A stretch of DNA of 64,000 nt, from positions 43,036,229-43,100,228 of the forward strand of contig NC_057722.1 in the NCBI RefSeq assembly GCF_004010195.1, in the 5' to 3' direction. Made by a program: the position numbers and the translations under genes. Below are positions 1 to 13,045 of this stretch, piece by piece. Position 1 is the first letter of the stretch; each line of letters begins with the position of its first letter. The notes below the pieces were generated by a model. That model saw nothing but the letters and a program-made list of their open reading frames with translations. It was not told the origin of the DNA and searched no databases. Source of the DNA: Chiloscyllium plagiosum (Eukaryota).

Positions 1-360
1 GGATTGGACATTCTGGAGGCAGGAAACATGTTTCCGCTGATGGGTGAGTACCGAACCTGAGGACACAGCTTAAAAATACGGGGTAGATCATTTAGGACAG
101 AGATGAGGAGAAACGTTTTCACCCAGAGAGTGGTGGCTGTGTGGAATGCTCTGCCCCAGAGGGCAGTGGAGGCCCAGTCTCTGGATTCATTTAAGAAAGA
201 GTTGGATAGAGCTCTCAAGGATTGTGGAATCAAGGGTTATGGAGAAAAGGCAGGAACAGGATACTGATTAAGGATGATCAGCCATGATCATATTGAATGG
301 TGGTGCAGGCTCGAAGGGCAGAATGGCCCACTCCTGCACCTATTGTCTATTGTCTATTGT
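1..360 (+). mobile_element. CR1 LINE 3' end (ORF2 C-terminus, 3' UTR, (CTATTGT)n tail)
   Basis: Translates to ...RT*GHSLKIRGRSFRTEMRRNVFTQRVVAVWNALPQRAVEAQSLDSFKKELD, the typical CR1 ORF2 C-terminus. It ends in a short tandem-repeat tail ctattgt x3 (about 340-360). Confidence 0.9.
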
Positions 361-496
361 GAGCAGTGGCAAGGCTGCCTAACACATTCCATACCTACAT
401 TTGTGCTCCAAGCAATATCTCAGTGGTTTGCATTATATGACTTCAGGATAGAATCAATTCAAGGCTCACCAGAATGGTGATGGGTAATGAACATGG

Positions 497-716
497 AGGT
501 GGATGGTCAAGTTCTGAAATTGTTAATCTCAGTGTTGAATGCTGGAGGCTGTAAGGTACATGAGCAAAAGATGTGATGTTGTTCCTCTAACTTATGTTGA
601 CCTTTGCTGGAGCATTGCAGCAAGACTAAGATAGAAAGACTGGCATGAGTAAACGGTGATGTGTTCCAACAGCTGGCAACTGGAAGCTCACGGTCATTTT
701 TACAGACAGAGCACTT
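497..716 (-). mobile_element. Decayed Penelope-like element, GIY-YIG endonuclease C-terminal fragment
   Basis: Minus strand reads about PVASCWNTSPFTHASLSILVLLQCSSKGQHKLEEQHHIFCSCTLQPPAFNTEINNFRT, resembling the PLE motif PVAxHFN...RKLEEQHLIFxLGTLQPxGLN. Confidence 0.75.
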
Positions 717-3029
717 GGTAAATGTTCTCTTGCATGTTTAACAATTTCTCAGTCCATATTGCAGCACAGGTCCAAGGACAAGGACACTGACCACTTCTTA
801 CAGCCATAATGTAGTTCCCTTTCATGAGGTGCTGGGTGCCTTTAAGTTAAATAAGGTCACTGTGATATTCATGTGCGCTTCCAATAAACAGTGCAGATAA
901 TGCTGTTTACACTAAGTAAACTGGTAAAGTAGCTCACATCGAGAATTTAAAATAACACTTGCAATTGCAGTGAATAGGTCAGCATTATTTGCACACTGCA
1001 ATTCTCATTGGATTTTCATGATTTGTCAAATATGGCCCCACAATGTGCTGATTCTAAAGTGGTTTGAAAGATGCATGTTCACAGAAGGCACCACGTCCAG
1101 TCAATGCATGTATGAGCCAAAACCAACATGGAACCCTGCATATGCCTGAAACTTCCTGGCCATCTATTATTCTGCAACTGAAGACTCTCACCTCATTAAT
1201 TTTATCTTTTGTTCCACCCAAAGCTCCCATTTTTGCAGTATCTGAATTAGCAAACGTGGCCCAGATGTTTCTAGACTATGTCACACCTCTTGTAACCTTC
1301 CACACTCAGTGGAGGTTTGTTTTTACAATCCAGTTTTAGTAACTGCTAATATAGTTAGAATTATTAAAATTTAATTACAGTACTTTTATAGTGCTGTTAG
1401 TTGAGGCTATAATTTCTGTCAAATACTGAGTATTCACTCAGATAAATGGGTGAACAGAAAAAAAATTTATAGACAATATTTATTCTTCATTCCTGTATCA
1501 GTTAAGATTACTAACACAAATGTGAACATCAATGATGATAACAGGGAATCACTATTTTATAATTGCAGAGTTAAGTAAAATTATTCTCACATGTACTTAA
1601 CAAAGATCTTATTAAAAGATGAAACATCATAAGTATGCTGTATAATTTAATATGCATGAAGAATTGTAAAATCTATTGTGAGTTACTGTCTCAGATTGCA
1701 GTATTTATTTCCCTGGGCTATATTCCAAAGTACACCTATAAAATCAAACTGTTCCCTGTTTTCTTTTCTGTAATTTGATCATTGTAATTTCTTGTTAATC
1801 AATAATCTCTTTACTGAGTTCTCCAGGTGCAAATATGTTTGAAAACATGAGTATTGGTGTGTTATATTTCCAAGGAAAAGCCACTCTCAAGTTATTTGTT
1901 TAGCTTTCAACAGATTGCTTTGAAGAAATGTGCAACCTTAATGGTTACATTTTGAGATTTTTTAAAAATTACATTTAGCAGATCTATTTGAAAGAAAGTC
2001 TAAATTGTATAGTTTATACAGTAGTCGATCTGCTTTACAGTATTGCTATCCTTGTTATATACTCAGTCATTAGTACACTGTAACGTGGGAACTCAAGGAA
2101 GTGCACCCCGAACAAATAATGCAGCATTCAATTTTCAGAGTTTCACTTGCCTCTCAGCAATGAAAGCTATACACTTAGTATGATGGAGTTAATTTCAGAC
2201 AAAGCTCATCTGTAGAATCTAGAGAAATATGCAGAATGAACTTGTTATTTGCAACCGGTAGCAGGCATGTGATGTTTTAGTTATAGTTTCGAATATTTTT
2301 CTGTAATTTATTCTATTATAGGCACAACTCTAATAAAGAAACCTTATTTTGCATAATACAATAGCATTTCAATCAAAAGCATCTTTATTATTATATGTAT
2401 AGATTGCTTTTCCCTCTAAACTTCAATTGTGAATTAAAGATTTTTTTGTAAACCACAGTTGAGTATTTACCTGCTGATGAGTAAAAGTGAATGGCTACAT
2501 GAATCACTAGTTCTGCATAATTGTATGCTGCTGCTGACATAATTTATGGATTGCAGCGTGAAAGTGTCTGGGAAAATAACATTTGGAGACACAGACGATA
2601 ATTAAGCAAATATGACACATATCACCAAGCTGTCGGCTGTTTACGGGGAATGAAATTTCCTCTGTTACATCTGGAAGGAATTCTAGTTAACATTTTAAAC
2701 TGATATTAAGTAAAGTAGTTATTTATTTACAAATGAGGAATAGATTAATTATTTTTGTGAAATGTAATGCAGATGATTGTGCAATGGTGTAGATTTTTTC
2801 TACACCAGAAACTTTTTTCTCAGAACGAGTCAAAATTATGTTAATTGGTACCTGTGAAAAGTACGTTTCTGAGATCTTTCCTTATTTACCAAATGGAAAG
2901 TTGTGGTGCTGGCACAGTCGATAATGTTCGGCCTCATGAGCTCGTCCACTCCAGGCTAGTCATGTGTTTTTCTCACCTTTCTCGTCATTTTCTTTATCTT
3001 TTTCTAATTTCTTCATATTCTGACATCAT

Positions 3030-3372
3030 AGGGAAGCGAGAGAGGTGCTTGGTGAGTCATTGGCTGCAGCAGTGGCGGTGCCCAGAGTGAAGATTTCTCG
3101 TTATTTGTGGCCCGGGGTGTGGACTCAGGGACTCAGCCAGTCTTCAGCGGGAGCGGTGACAGTGCTTGGTGTGAGGACTCCTGGCTGCGGTTGGCCTAAA
3201 GCGTGGGGACTCCTTAAAACCGAGGACAACCCTGGAGCTGTGATTGTAGATGCCTTGTACAGAAGATGAACTCTATTCATGTAATTTCATTTTCTTCTTT
3301 TTGTAACTCAAAATGGTGACAAAACAGTTTTCAAAGTGTCTTTCAAGATATATATGACAATAAGTAATTCAT
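3030..3372 (+). mobile_element. Non-coding retroelement remnant (GC-rich body plus TGACAATAA tail), related to 62807-63705
   Basis: GC-rich ggactcctgg/ggccta motifs like the reverse complement of 63130-63330. It ends in ...tgacaataagtaattca, like the tail of the 62.8 kb element. Confidence 0.45.
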
Positions 3373-4242
3373 AACTTATCACGTAATATTTTTGCAGGAT
3401 TATTGACTTGTTGTTCTTACATTTAGAGGAATTCCTCTGTAGCTTCTCACATACTTCAGGTGATGAGTCGGATGATCTCAGGCGATAGAAAATGGCTGAA
3501 GTTATTCCAGGAGATGGTTTTTCTAAAATTGATCATTTATGCTTCGCAAAGGATAAAACCACAAATGCATTTTTACAATAGCTACCAGATTCCCAATTCC
3601 AGCCAGGTAATAGTATGTTCACATTGCTGAACTCCTGTCTGGCTGGAGCTCTAATCAATTGGTCCTGGAGATAGCTCTGTATTTTTGCAGTACAGAAATA
3701 ATTAATAATAGAGATGTTTACAAACAATGGGTGGGAAAAGCATTTTTCTCTTTGCTTTCAACTAAATCAGATTAAGAAAATGTCCAGTAATGATACTTTA
3801 TGATACTTTGCAAATTCCTTGAATAGTCTCGAACACATGCTTTGTGACACTAATCTGTCTGGGATTTACTTCATAACTGAAATCTGGACTTTAATCGCAT
3901 AGTTAGCTACAATGCAAAACAGAATTACTTCACGTCAATGGTACATTTACGAAGTTAATATTCTCAAAGATAATTTTAGGCATCATTAAAACCAGTTTGA
4001 TAAAACAAAACTTAATGCATTGAAATTTGTAATTAAGCACTTTATGACTTTGAACGAATAAATCTAATTGTTACATAAAGTAGTGGTTCTGAAACAGTTA
4101 ATGCTGGTGACTGCATTAAGCTCCACCCAGTCTCATGATGCCATACAGTACTGGGTGGGGAAAGGAGAAATCTAGATTAAGATCCTGATGGAGATTAATT
4201 GCCATAATTTTCTCCTTACAAACATAGGGCTAAATTTTCATT

Positions 4243-4733
4243 GCTGAAAATGTGTTGCTGGAAAAGTGCAGCAGGTCAGGCAGCATCCAAGGAGCAGGAG
4301 AATCGACGTTTCAGGCATGAGCCCTTCTTCAGGAATGAGGAAAGTGTGTCCAGCAGGCTAAGATAAAAGGTAGGGAGGAGAGACTTGGGGGAGGGGCATT
4401 GGAAATGCANNNNNNNNNNNNNNNNNNNNNNNNNNNNNNNNNNNNNNNNNNNNNNNNNNNNNNNNNNNNNNNNNNNNNNNNNNNNNNNNNNNNNNNNNNN
4501 NNNNNNNNNNNNNNNNNNNNNNNNNNNNNNNNNNNNNNNNNNNNNNNNNNNNNNNNNNNNNNNNNNNNNNNNNNNNNNNNNNNNNNNNNNNNNNNNNNNN
4601 NNNNNNNNNNNNNNNGGGAGGTGTGGGCGCAAGTTTTGCATTTCCTGTGGTTGCAGGGGAAGGTGCCGGGAGTGGAGGTTGGGTTGGTGGGGTTGTGGAC
4701 CTGATGAGGGAGTCACGGAGGGAGTGGTCTTTT
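4243..4733 (-). mobile_element. Penelope-like element 3' portion (Cys motif, pLTR with hammerhead motif) spanning the gap
   Basis: Minus strand 4620-4700 encodes ...TSTPGTFPCNHRKCKTCAHTS, the PLE Cys-rich linker before GIY-YIG. 4243-4336 is the same pLTR sequence as the palindromic insertions. Confidence 0.85.
4410..4615. other. Assembly gap (206 N)
   Basis: Run of N inside the PLE copy. Confidence 1.
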
Positions 4734-4803
4734 CAGAGCCTCGATTACCTGCAATAGATAGTAATTCTTGTTCAGCACAGAAACCTGGTCATGATTTTTA
4801 TTA

Positions 4804-5011
4804 GAGCTGAAAATGTGTTGCTGGAAAAGTGCAGCAGGTCAGGCAGCATCCAAGGAACAGGAGAATCGACGTTTCGGGCATGAGCCCTTCTTCAGGCTTA
4901 TGCCGAAACGTCGATTCTCCTGTTCCTTGGATGTTGCCTGACCTGCTGCGCTTTTCCAGCAACACATTTTCAGCTCTGATCTCCAGCATCTGCAGTCCTC
5001 ACTTTCTCCTC
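4804..5011. mobile_element. Palindromic PLE pLTR insertion A with 14-bp TSD
   Basis: Inverted arms. TSD catgatttttatta at 4790-4803 and 5012-5025. Confidence 0.92.
4868..4895 (-). ncRNA. Minimal hammerhead ribozyme motif (PLE type)
   Basis: Minus strand reads CUGAAGA-A-GGGC(UCAU)GCCC-GAAAC-GUC. Confidence 0.75.
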
Positions 5012-5353
5012 CATGATTTTTATTAACCTGGGTCTGAAAGTTAAATAAATTGGGGAATCTTTATGTATTTAGTTTAAAATCTGCAACTTTCATGATGAGT
5101 CTGGGAGCAGCAGGGCTTGATTCTAGTGTAGTATCACAGTGAATCACAACAGGGCCAGTTACTGGATGACAGAACTACATTTTACACTGCCACATGGCAA
5201 ACAGTACACAATTCTTTCCAGTCTTTGACTAATAAGTGAGTGCAGGTGGGCCACAAGTGGAAAGACAGAAACACGGTTCATAGATATTAGTACTCCACTT
5301 CCAGCCCTTCCACTGCTGGACATTTATTCAGAATTGAGATGAGTTGAACATGA

Positions 5354-5457
5354 CTTCTGAAGAAGGGTCACTGAACCTGAAGCATGAACTCTACTTTGTC
5401 TCTACAGGTGCTCCCAGATCTGCTGAGTTTCTTCAGTAATTTCTGATTCGGTTTCAG
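5354..5457 (+). mobile_element. Older PLE pLTR remnant with degenerate hammerhead motif
   Basis: ttCTGAAGAagggtcactgaacctGAAgc... followed by gctcccagatctgctgagtttcttcagtaatttctg, a pLTR-like 3' part. Confidence 0.6.
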
Positions 5458-7559
5458 ATGGAACTTGTTAATAAAGCACCAGATGGTTGTGAAGGCTACA
5501 ACTGTTCCTGTTCCTTGCTGCTGCTGCTATCTCATATCCAAAGCTGCTTAAATAGCTCCATGCTGTTCTGAATGTTGACGAGTGAGAAATGTAAATCAGA
5601 GGAAGAAGTGTTAGAAATTCCATCCAAAGTTTTTGAAATCCCCTCCAGAGCAGACCAGTGCTCTGAGCAAAATCCTTTCTTTCGACAAAGAAACAATTGT
5701 GACACCTTGCTAGCGAATGGATTTTAGTCTATCGATTGCTCAGTTTCCTCATACTGTTTTCTTGGCCAGTTCCAGAAAACTTGAAAAATCCATCTATGTA
5801 AGCTTGAAGTCAGAGTTCAGGGTTAAAGAAGTAGATAATGTCTACTTTGCAACAAATCTGTCACATGGGGGTTTCTTGTCAATGCAGATGGCATTCTGGT
5901 TAAAGACCATAGTGAGTGAGCACCTGTCAATGTCCCAACATTTTGTAACTTCAGCTCTATGAATCTGCTATGCTCTTCAAAAATACCTCCTTCTAAAGTA
6001 AAAACTGGTCTAAGGTACAAGATATGAAGAGATTTTAAAACAGGATGACATTTTTATACTGAGAACATCGAGCTTGGCAGCTAATATCAGTAAGTGAGGA
6101 CAAGTAAGTGAAGCCTGGTGCAGAATAGAATAAGGATAACAGTTCTGAATAAGCTGTAATTTTCAAGTCATGAGGTTATACCCGGATTCTGATTGTCACA
6201 ACTGGAGGCTTGGTAGGTAGGGATTAGACTTGCCACAGTAAGTAGACTGAGAAAAGAAAAATATGGACAATTTTGATATGGAGTGCAGGCAGAAGACAGG
6301 CAATAGCAAATCTGCCACTAGTATGTACCTTGCCTCATCAACTTAACAGAATGGAGATCAAGTGAGATGTATGATGTACAGCCAATCTGCAACTATTAGC
6401 TTTCTGCCAAGGCGAAAGTAACTCTCACTTTTTGTATTGGATGGCAGTCTGGATGTCTGTCACTCGTACATGCAGTTCCCAAAGAGAAACTTATTCAGCA
6501 TTGAAAGGGTGAGTTCAACCCTTTATTTCATCTTAGATCCGATAGACTCAAATTTCTTTATTAAAACATTTACTTGCGCATTCTGGGAGATGTGCACATC
6601 AAGAAAATGACATACAGCTCAAATTTTATTGCAAGAATAAAGGTTTTATACTAATTTTGGAGATAATAAACTACCAATCAAAGGTTACAGATTTCCTCAC
6701 CCCTATCTCTGCCCAATCACATTCACATAGTTCACATTCCAGGTTAGTACATATGGATATATCATCCAATCATATTGAAACTGATATATATGTTTATATT
6801 ATCCAAACATTCCATTACAATTTCACAACACAAACTGTTAATACTTTGTAATTACCAGTAAATTTATACAGTCCGTATTTTCCATTTCTGTCTAGACTGT
6901 CTATTTTTCATTTCAGGCAGAATGATTAATAGCAAGAGACAAGGGAGTAAGCTGTAATCATATAGCCACATTGAGAGAATCAATAAAATATTCAGTTTGG
7001 AAGTTGTTCACAGAGCTGCTTAAGAATTGCCACGTTGCTATCGTCATTGCTAGCATTCTTTATTGTGGGGAAATGAAATTCATAACGCTAAGGAACAAAA
7101 TTGGGATCCATTGTGACTGAAGATGTGACGATATAAAAGAAGATTGTAGCATTCCACATAAGCTGACAATAAGAGCTGCAAGACAACAAAAGAAACAGCA
7201 CTGTGGTATTTGGCCAAGCCAAAAACAATCATTGTGAACAAAGACAGCATGACAAAGGCTATAAAAATCCATAATTCTAGAGATGATTTGGAGGCTCAAT
7301 GGCTTTGCGACATAACTTGATTGTTGACATTTCCACCACTGTGCTATTTACTGCTTGATCTTGGAGATATCTGGTTTGAGTTGGAGATTGTGGTATTACC
7401 TTCAATTCCATAGAAGCACCCAAATTCAGATTAGTTGGTTGGGTTATCAGATCAAAAATCTCTGGGAGTATTCCCCAGTAGACATGTTTTCTAGTGAGTT
7501 ACACATTGACAAATGCATTGCAATCTTCCTTGGATCTAAATTACCTAACGGAAGTGAAC

Positions 7560-8885
7560 CACAAGACCATGAGACTTAGGCAGTAGAAAGCCATTCAGCT
7601 CATTGAATCTTGTCTACCAGTCAATGATTTGATGAGCCTCAACTCTACTTTCTTGCCTTTCCCCTTTCTTGATTTCCTCTATATCTATCTCAGCCTTGAA
7701 TACACTTAATGGCCCAATGGCATCTGCAATAAAGAATTCCACAGATTCAGATGGCACCAAAATTGAAGGTGTAGTGGACAGCGAAGACGGTTACCTCAGA
7801 TTACAGTAGGAACTTGATCAGATGAGCCAAAGGGCTGGGAAGTGGCAGATGGAGTTTAATTTAGATAAATGCGAGGTGCTACATTTTGAGAAAGCAAATC
7901 TTAGCAGGACTTATACACTTAATGGTAAGGTCATAGGGAGTGTTGCTGAACAAAGAGACCTTGGGAGTGTAGGTTCATAGCTCCTTGAAAGTGGAGTCGC
8001 AGGTAGACAGGATAATGAAGAAGGTATTTGGTATGCTTTCATTTATTGGTCAGAGTATTGAGTACAAGAGTTGGGAGGTCATGTTGCGGCTGTATAGGAC
8101 ATTAGTAAGGCCACTTTTGGAGTATTGCATGCAATTCTGGTCTCCTTCCTATTGGAAGGATGTTGTGAAACTTGAAAGGCTTAAGAAAAGATTTACAAGA
8201 ATGTTGCTAGGGTTGGAGGATTTGAGCTATAGGGAGAGGTTGAATAGGCTGGGGATATTTTCCCTGAAGCGTCCGAGGCTAAGTGGTGATCTTATAGAGT
8301 TTTATATAATTGTGAGGGGCATGGGTAGGATAAATAGACAAAGTCTCTTCCCTGGGGTGGGGGAGTCCAGAACTAGAGACTATAGGTTTAGGGTGAGAGA
8401 GGAAAGATATAAAAGAGACCTAAGGGGAAACCTTTTCATGCAGAGGGTGGTAAGTGTATGGAATGAGCTGCCAGAAGAAGTGGTGGACACTAGTACAATT
8501 GCAACATTTAAAAGGCATCTGGATGGATATATGAATAGGAAGGGTTTGGAGTGATATGGACCAGGTGCTGGTAGGTGGGACTAGATTGGATTGGGATATC
8601 TGGTCGGCTTGGACGAGTTGGACTAAAGTGTCTGGTTCCGTGCTGTACATCTCTGTGACTCTGAGAAGAAATTGTACTTCATCTCTTTTAAATGGGTGAC
8701 ATTTTAGTCTGAGGTCATGTCCTTTGGTTCTAGACTCTACTATGAGGAAAATCAACTTCTGAGCATCTTCTTTGTCAAGCCATCTAAAAAACATAGATGT
8801 TTGAACAAGATTGTCTGTCATTCTTCTGAATTCCAGTAAGTACAGGGCCAATCTACTCAACCTCCCCTCATAAGAAAATCCCTCA
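7560..8885 (-). mobile_element. Old CR1 3' fragment interrupted by a younger CR1
   Basis: 8664-8885 minus gives ...RLALYLLEFRRMTDNLVQT...ESRTKGHDLRLK. 7560-7746 continues with the C-terminus and 3' UTR. Confidence 0.7.
7747..8663 (+). mobile_element. 5'-truncated CR1 LINE (RT end, ORF2 C-terminus, 3' UTR)
   Basis: ORF 7985-8554 contains LYRTLVRPLLEYCMQFWSP...QRVVSVWNELP, preceded by (A)DGTKIEGVVDS and WQMEFNLDKC. The 3' UTR ends ...tctctgtgactct. Confidence 0.95.
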
Positions 8886-9588
8886 ACTAATCAATCGCTG
8901 AAGACTAGACAGTGTCACGGATTGATCACATGATCTGCTTCCAAGGAAAGGAAAGTAAGAGACTTTGTGTCCAAGATCAATGCTAGCTGGCTTAGGAATA
9001 AATGTCATCAAATCAACAACTGGAGGTTGGGACAGAGCAGACTGATCATCTATTTCAATCTGACCCTTGAGCACATTCATGTAAACTGGGTCAGTTGTAA
9101 TTCTAAGAATTGTATGGATAAGCTTTTGATGTATAACAATTACAGCAGACTTTTTCATCTGCCATTCTTCAATAAAGAACAGTTGGTTATACACTATTTT
9201 AAGGATTACTTTGAATTATTGATAACTGGAGTAAATTTGACGGACTAGAGAAGGTAGGAATAAAGGTTACAGTGTCTGTCTAATTAACAATGGCTGAGGA
9301 TAGACCACTGGCGAGTTTTAATAAGACACACTTGTATACATGACAAGGGGTAGTTTATTGCATGATAGCAACAGGTATGATTAACATCGGCTCATTGGGC
9401 ATAATTATAACTATCAAAAGCCAGGCATGTTCTACCAGTCTCCATCAGGATCACATGCAAGACTAACTGTTTATCTGCCTAGAGATGGTATTACATCATC
9501 AGATTGGTTGTAACTAATAATACTTCAACATTACGTCTTTGAGAATCATTGTCTTATGCAACTTGGAACCTATGTTGTTGTTCCCTAT

Positions 9589-9755
9589 TGTCACTGGGTA
9601 AAAGTACTGGAACTCACTTCAATGCAGCACTCTCAGTGTACTTACATGGACTACAGTGGTTCAATAAATGGATCTTCAGTACCACTTCAAGGAAAGTAAG
9701 GAATGAAAAAGGAATTCAGTCCTCATAAGCAGTACTGTCATGTTATGGACAAATA
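9589..9755 (+). mobile_element. 3' tail fragment of the second LINE family (LINE-B)
   Basis: Similar to the reverse complement of 11170-11350 (ggactacagtggttcaa...accacttcaagg...aataaa). Confidence 0.55.
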
Positions 9756-12313
9756 AACAAAACGTGCATTTGCATACACATGTTTTTGAGGAAAAAAATC
9801 TCATTAGAAATTTGACTCTTTCTCACCACTCACTTCTCACCTCTGAATACTTAAAGCTAGTAAACCAAACAAAATTAAATCACCATTACTTCAAAACTGC
9901 TAACCCACAATTAGAAATAGAAAAATATAGTACAGAATTAACATTCTTGTGTTCTCATTTTGGCAAAGTTGGCTTCAATAATGTACTCTGATGCTTACTA
10001 ATACATCCGGTGCAAAGCAGCCCATAATGATAAGAGACAAACCTGGCTGCAGCCCAGCATACCATAGATAAGTTTCATGTAGCACCAGCTTTCAGAAAAA
10101 TAATGAAAAGAATGAAGCATGTTGAATAATATTCACAGTAGCAGAGAAAGGCTGACGCCACCAAGGAAGTGATGATTAACAGATCTAGGTAAACCATCTG
10201 AAACACTTCACCTTTTTTGATTCTTGAACCAGAAGTGTAGAATATTTCAAATTGTTATGGCTCTGAACTATCTTAGTTTAGCACAGTGTTACAACTTATC
10301 ATCTTTCAATTGTCAGATTTTCCTTTTTATTTCCTTCCTTCCTGTAAATCCAAATTAATGAAAAACAAAAGTGCCCAATTCATCCATGCAACTACAAGGT
10401 AATGAATTACATGCACAATGGAACTGACGTTCTTAAGGAACATGTATTATAAATCATTCAACAACATCAAAAATCTGCTCCATTGTTATTGCTCAGAAAG
10501 GTTGTGACAGAGCAGTTACAATCTGGCAAACCATTACATATAGCAGTTTTATTATAACCATGAAATATGAGACTTCTAGAATCATGAAGTAAAATCTTTG
10601 TAATGACTTGCCATACTGTAATATTTTCATAGAAAGGTGAGAAAGTGCGAATACAGAAATGGTCATTAGAATCCATGAGGCCCATCCCACTGTCCTTACA
10701 TATAGCATATAAAGCAAACTGCTCTAATGCATCCCTGAAAGATGATGAAACATACCAAACTTTTTGAGAGCTTATTTTGCCATATTGTCAGATTCCAATG
10801 AGTGCATCATAGTTCATACAACCATTTTTTAAAAAAATTAGCATATTGATGTGGCTAAAGTTCCCATTTGTGTGCTCTCCAGCATACAATCTATTTGTCC
10901 AATGAAATATTTAATAGGAAAATGGAAGAAAAAAAATCAAAAGCTCCAAATGGAATCTTGACAGTCATGAACTGATTTACCCAGGAAATAAACAACTAAC
11001 AAAATAGGCACAAACTTTTAACCTTCAATATAAAATAACCTGAAAAATAGAAGTGTATATTCAGAAGGGAACGCAACACAAGTGAACGTTATAAAGTGCA
11101 ATGATGCATCAGAACTGGCCTTTTTGAAATCCTTTGCTGAAGTTCTATGTGAAAGCTGCCTACATTTTCTTTTATTCATTGGTGGGACTTGGGCGTCACT
11201 GGCTGGCCAGCACTGATAGCCCATCCCTATTTGCCCTTGAGAAGTTGGTGGTGAACTGCCTTCTTGAATCGTTGCAGTCCACTTGCTGTGAGTTGACCGA
11301 CAATGCCAGTAGGGAGAGAATTCCAGGATTTTGACCACCATCTGTGAAGGAACGGTGGCATATTTCTAAGTCAGGGCGATGAGTAGCTTGGAGGGGAACT
11401 TGCAGGTGGTAATGTTCCCAAGTACCTACTGCCCTTGTCCTTCTAGATGGAAGTGGTCATGGGTTTGGAAGGTGTTGACGAAGAAATTTTGGTGAATTTT
11501 TGCAGTGCATCTTGTAGAGAGTACACACTGCTACTACTGAGCGTTTGTGGTGGAGTGATTGATTGTTTGTAGTTGTGGTGCCAATCAAGCAGATTGCTTT
11601 GTCCTGGATGGTATCAAGCTGCTTGAGTGTTGTTGGAGCTGCATCTATCCGGGCAAGTGGAGAGAATTCCATTACATTCCTGACTTGTGCCTTGTAGATG
11701 GTGGATAGACTTTGGCGTGTCAAGAGGTGAGTTACTCACCACAGTAGTAGTCTCTGACCTGCTGTTATGACACTGTGTTGATGTGCTGAGTCCAGCTGAA
11801 TTTCTGGTCAATGGTAACCCTAAGGATGTTGACAGTGGGAGATTCAGTGATGGTATTACCATGAAATGTCAAGGGGCAGTGGTTAGAGTGTCTCTTATTG
11901 GTGATAGTCATTGTCTGACATTTGTGTGGCACAAATGTTACTTGCTACTTGTTGACCCAAGCCTGGGTATTGTCCAGATCTTGATGCATTTGAGCACAGA
12001 CTGCTTCAGTATCTGAGGAGTTGCGAATTGTTCTGAACACTGTACAATCATCGGTGAACATCCCCACTTCTGACCTTATGACAGAGGAAAGGCCATTGAT
12101 GAAGCAGTTGAAGATTGTTGGGCCCCTAGGACATTACCCTGAGGGAGTCCTGCAGAGATGTCCTGGAGCTGAGATGACTGAACCTCAACAGCCACAACTG
12201 CAACCAACTTCCTTTGTGCCAGGTATGAGTCTAACCAGTGGAGTGCTTGCCCCCTGCCACTGATTGACTTCAGTTTTGCCAGGGCTCCTTTATGCCATAC
12301 TTGGTCAAATGTG

Positions 12314-12511
12314 AGCTGAAAATGTGTTGCTGGAAAAGCGCAGCAGGTCAGGCAGCATCCAAGGAACAGGAGAATCGACGTTTCGGGCATAAGCCCTTCT
12401 TATGCCCGAAATGTCGATTCTCCTGTTCCTTGGATGCTGCCTGACCTGCTGCGCTTTTCCAGCAACACATTTTCAGCTCTGATCTCCAGCATCTGCAGTC
12501 CTCACTTTCTC
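12314..12511. mobile_element. Palindromic PLE pLTR insertion B with 14-bp TSD, nested in LINE-B RT
   Basis: TSD cttggtcaaatgtg at 12300-12313 and 12512-12525. The arms are inverted and both CUGAnGA cores are lost at the apex. Confidence 0.93.
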
Positions 12512-13045
12512 CTTGGTCAAATGTGGCCTTGATGTCAAGGGCTGTCACTCTCACCTCACCTCTGGAATTCAGTTGTTTTGTCCATGTTTGAACCAAGGTT
12601 GTAATGAGATCAGGAGTTGAGTGACCCTGGTGAAACCCAAACTTGGTGTCACTAAGCAGGTGCTGCTTGGTAGCACTGTTGGTGACCCCTTCCATCACTT
12701 TACTGATGATGGAGAGTAGACTGATTGGATGGTAATTGGCCAGGTTGGATTTGTCCTGCATTTTGTGTACAAGACATACCTTGGCAACTTTCCACATCGT
12801 CAGATAGATGCCAGTGTTGTAACTGTACTGGAAGAGCTCGGTTAGGGGAGCAGCAAGTTCTGGAGTCCACATCTTCAGTATCATTGTCCGAATGTTATCA
12901 GGGCCCATTGCCTATGCAGTGTCCAGTCTCTCAGTCATTTCTTGATATTGCGTGGAGTGAATCAAATTGGCTGGAGATTGGTATCTGTGATGCTGGAACG
13001 ACTGGATGAGCCTGAGATGGATCATCCACTCGGTACATCTGACTG

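Noticed and set aside
5572-5727. 51-aa ORF MLTSEKCKSEEEVLEIPSKVFEIPS...
   Set aside because: Short, with no recognisable family or splice support.
9273-9590. Possible solo LTR (minus-strand AATAAA, TG start)
   Set aside because: No convincing terminal inverted repeat or TSD, and the right boundary merges with a LINE-B tail.
10467-10717. Overlapping minus-strand ORFs of 72-74 aa
   Set aside because: No motif or flanking splice evidence. This is expected by chance.
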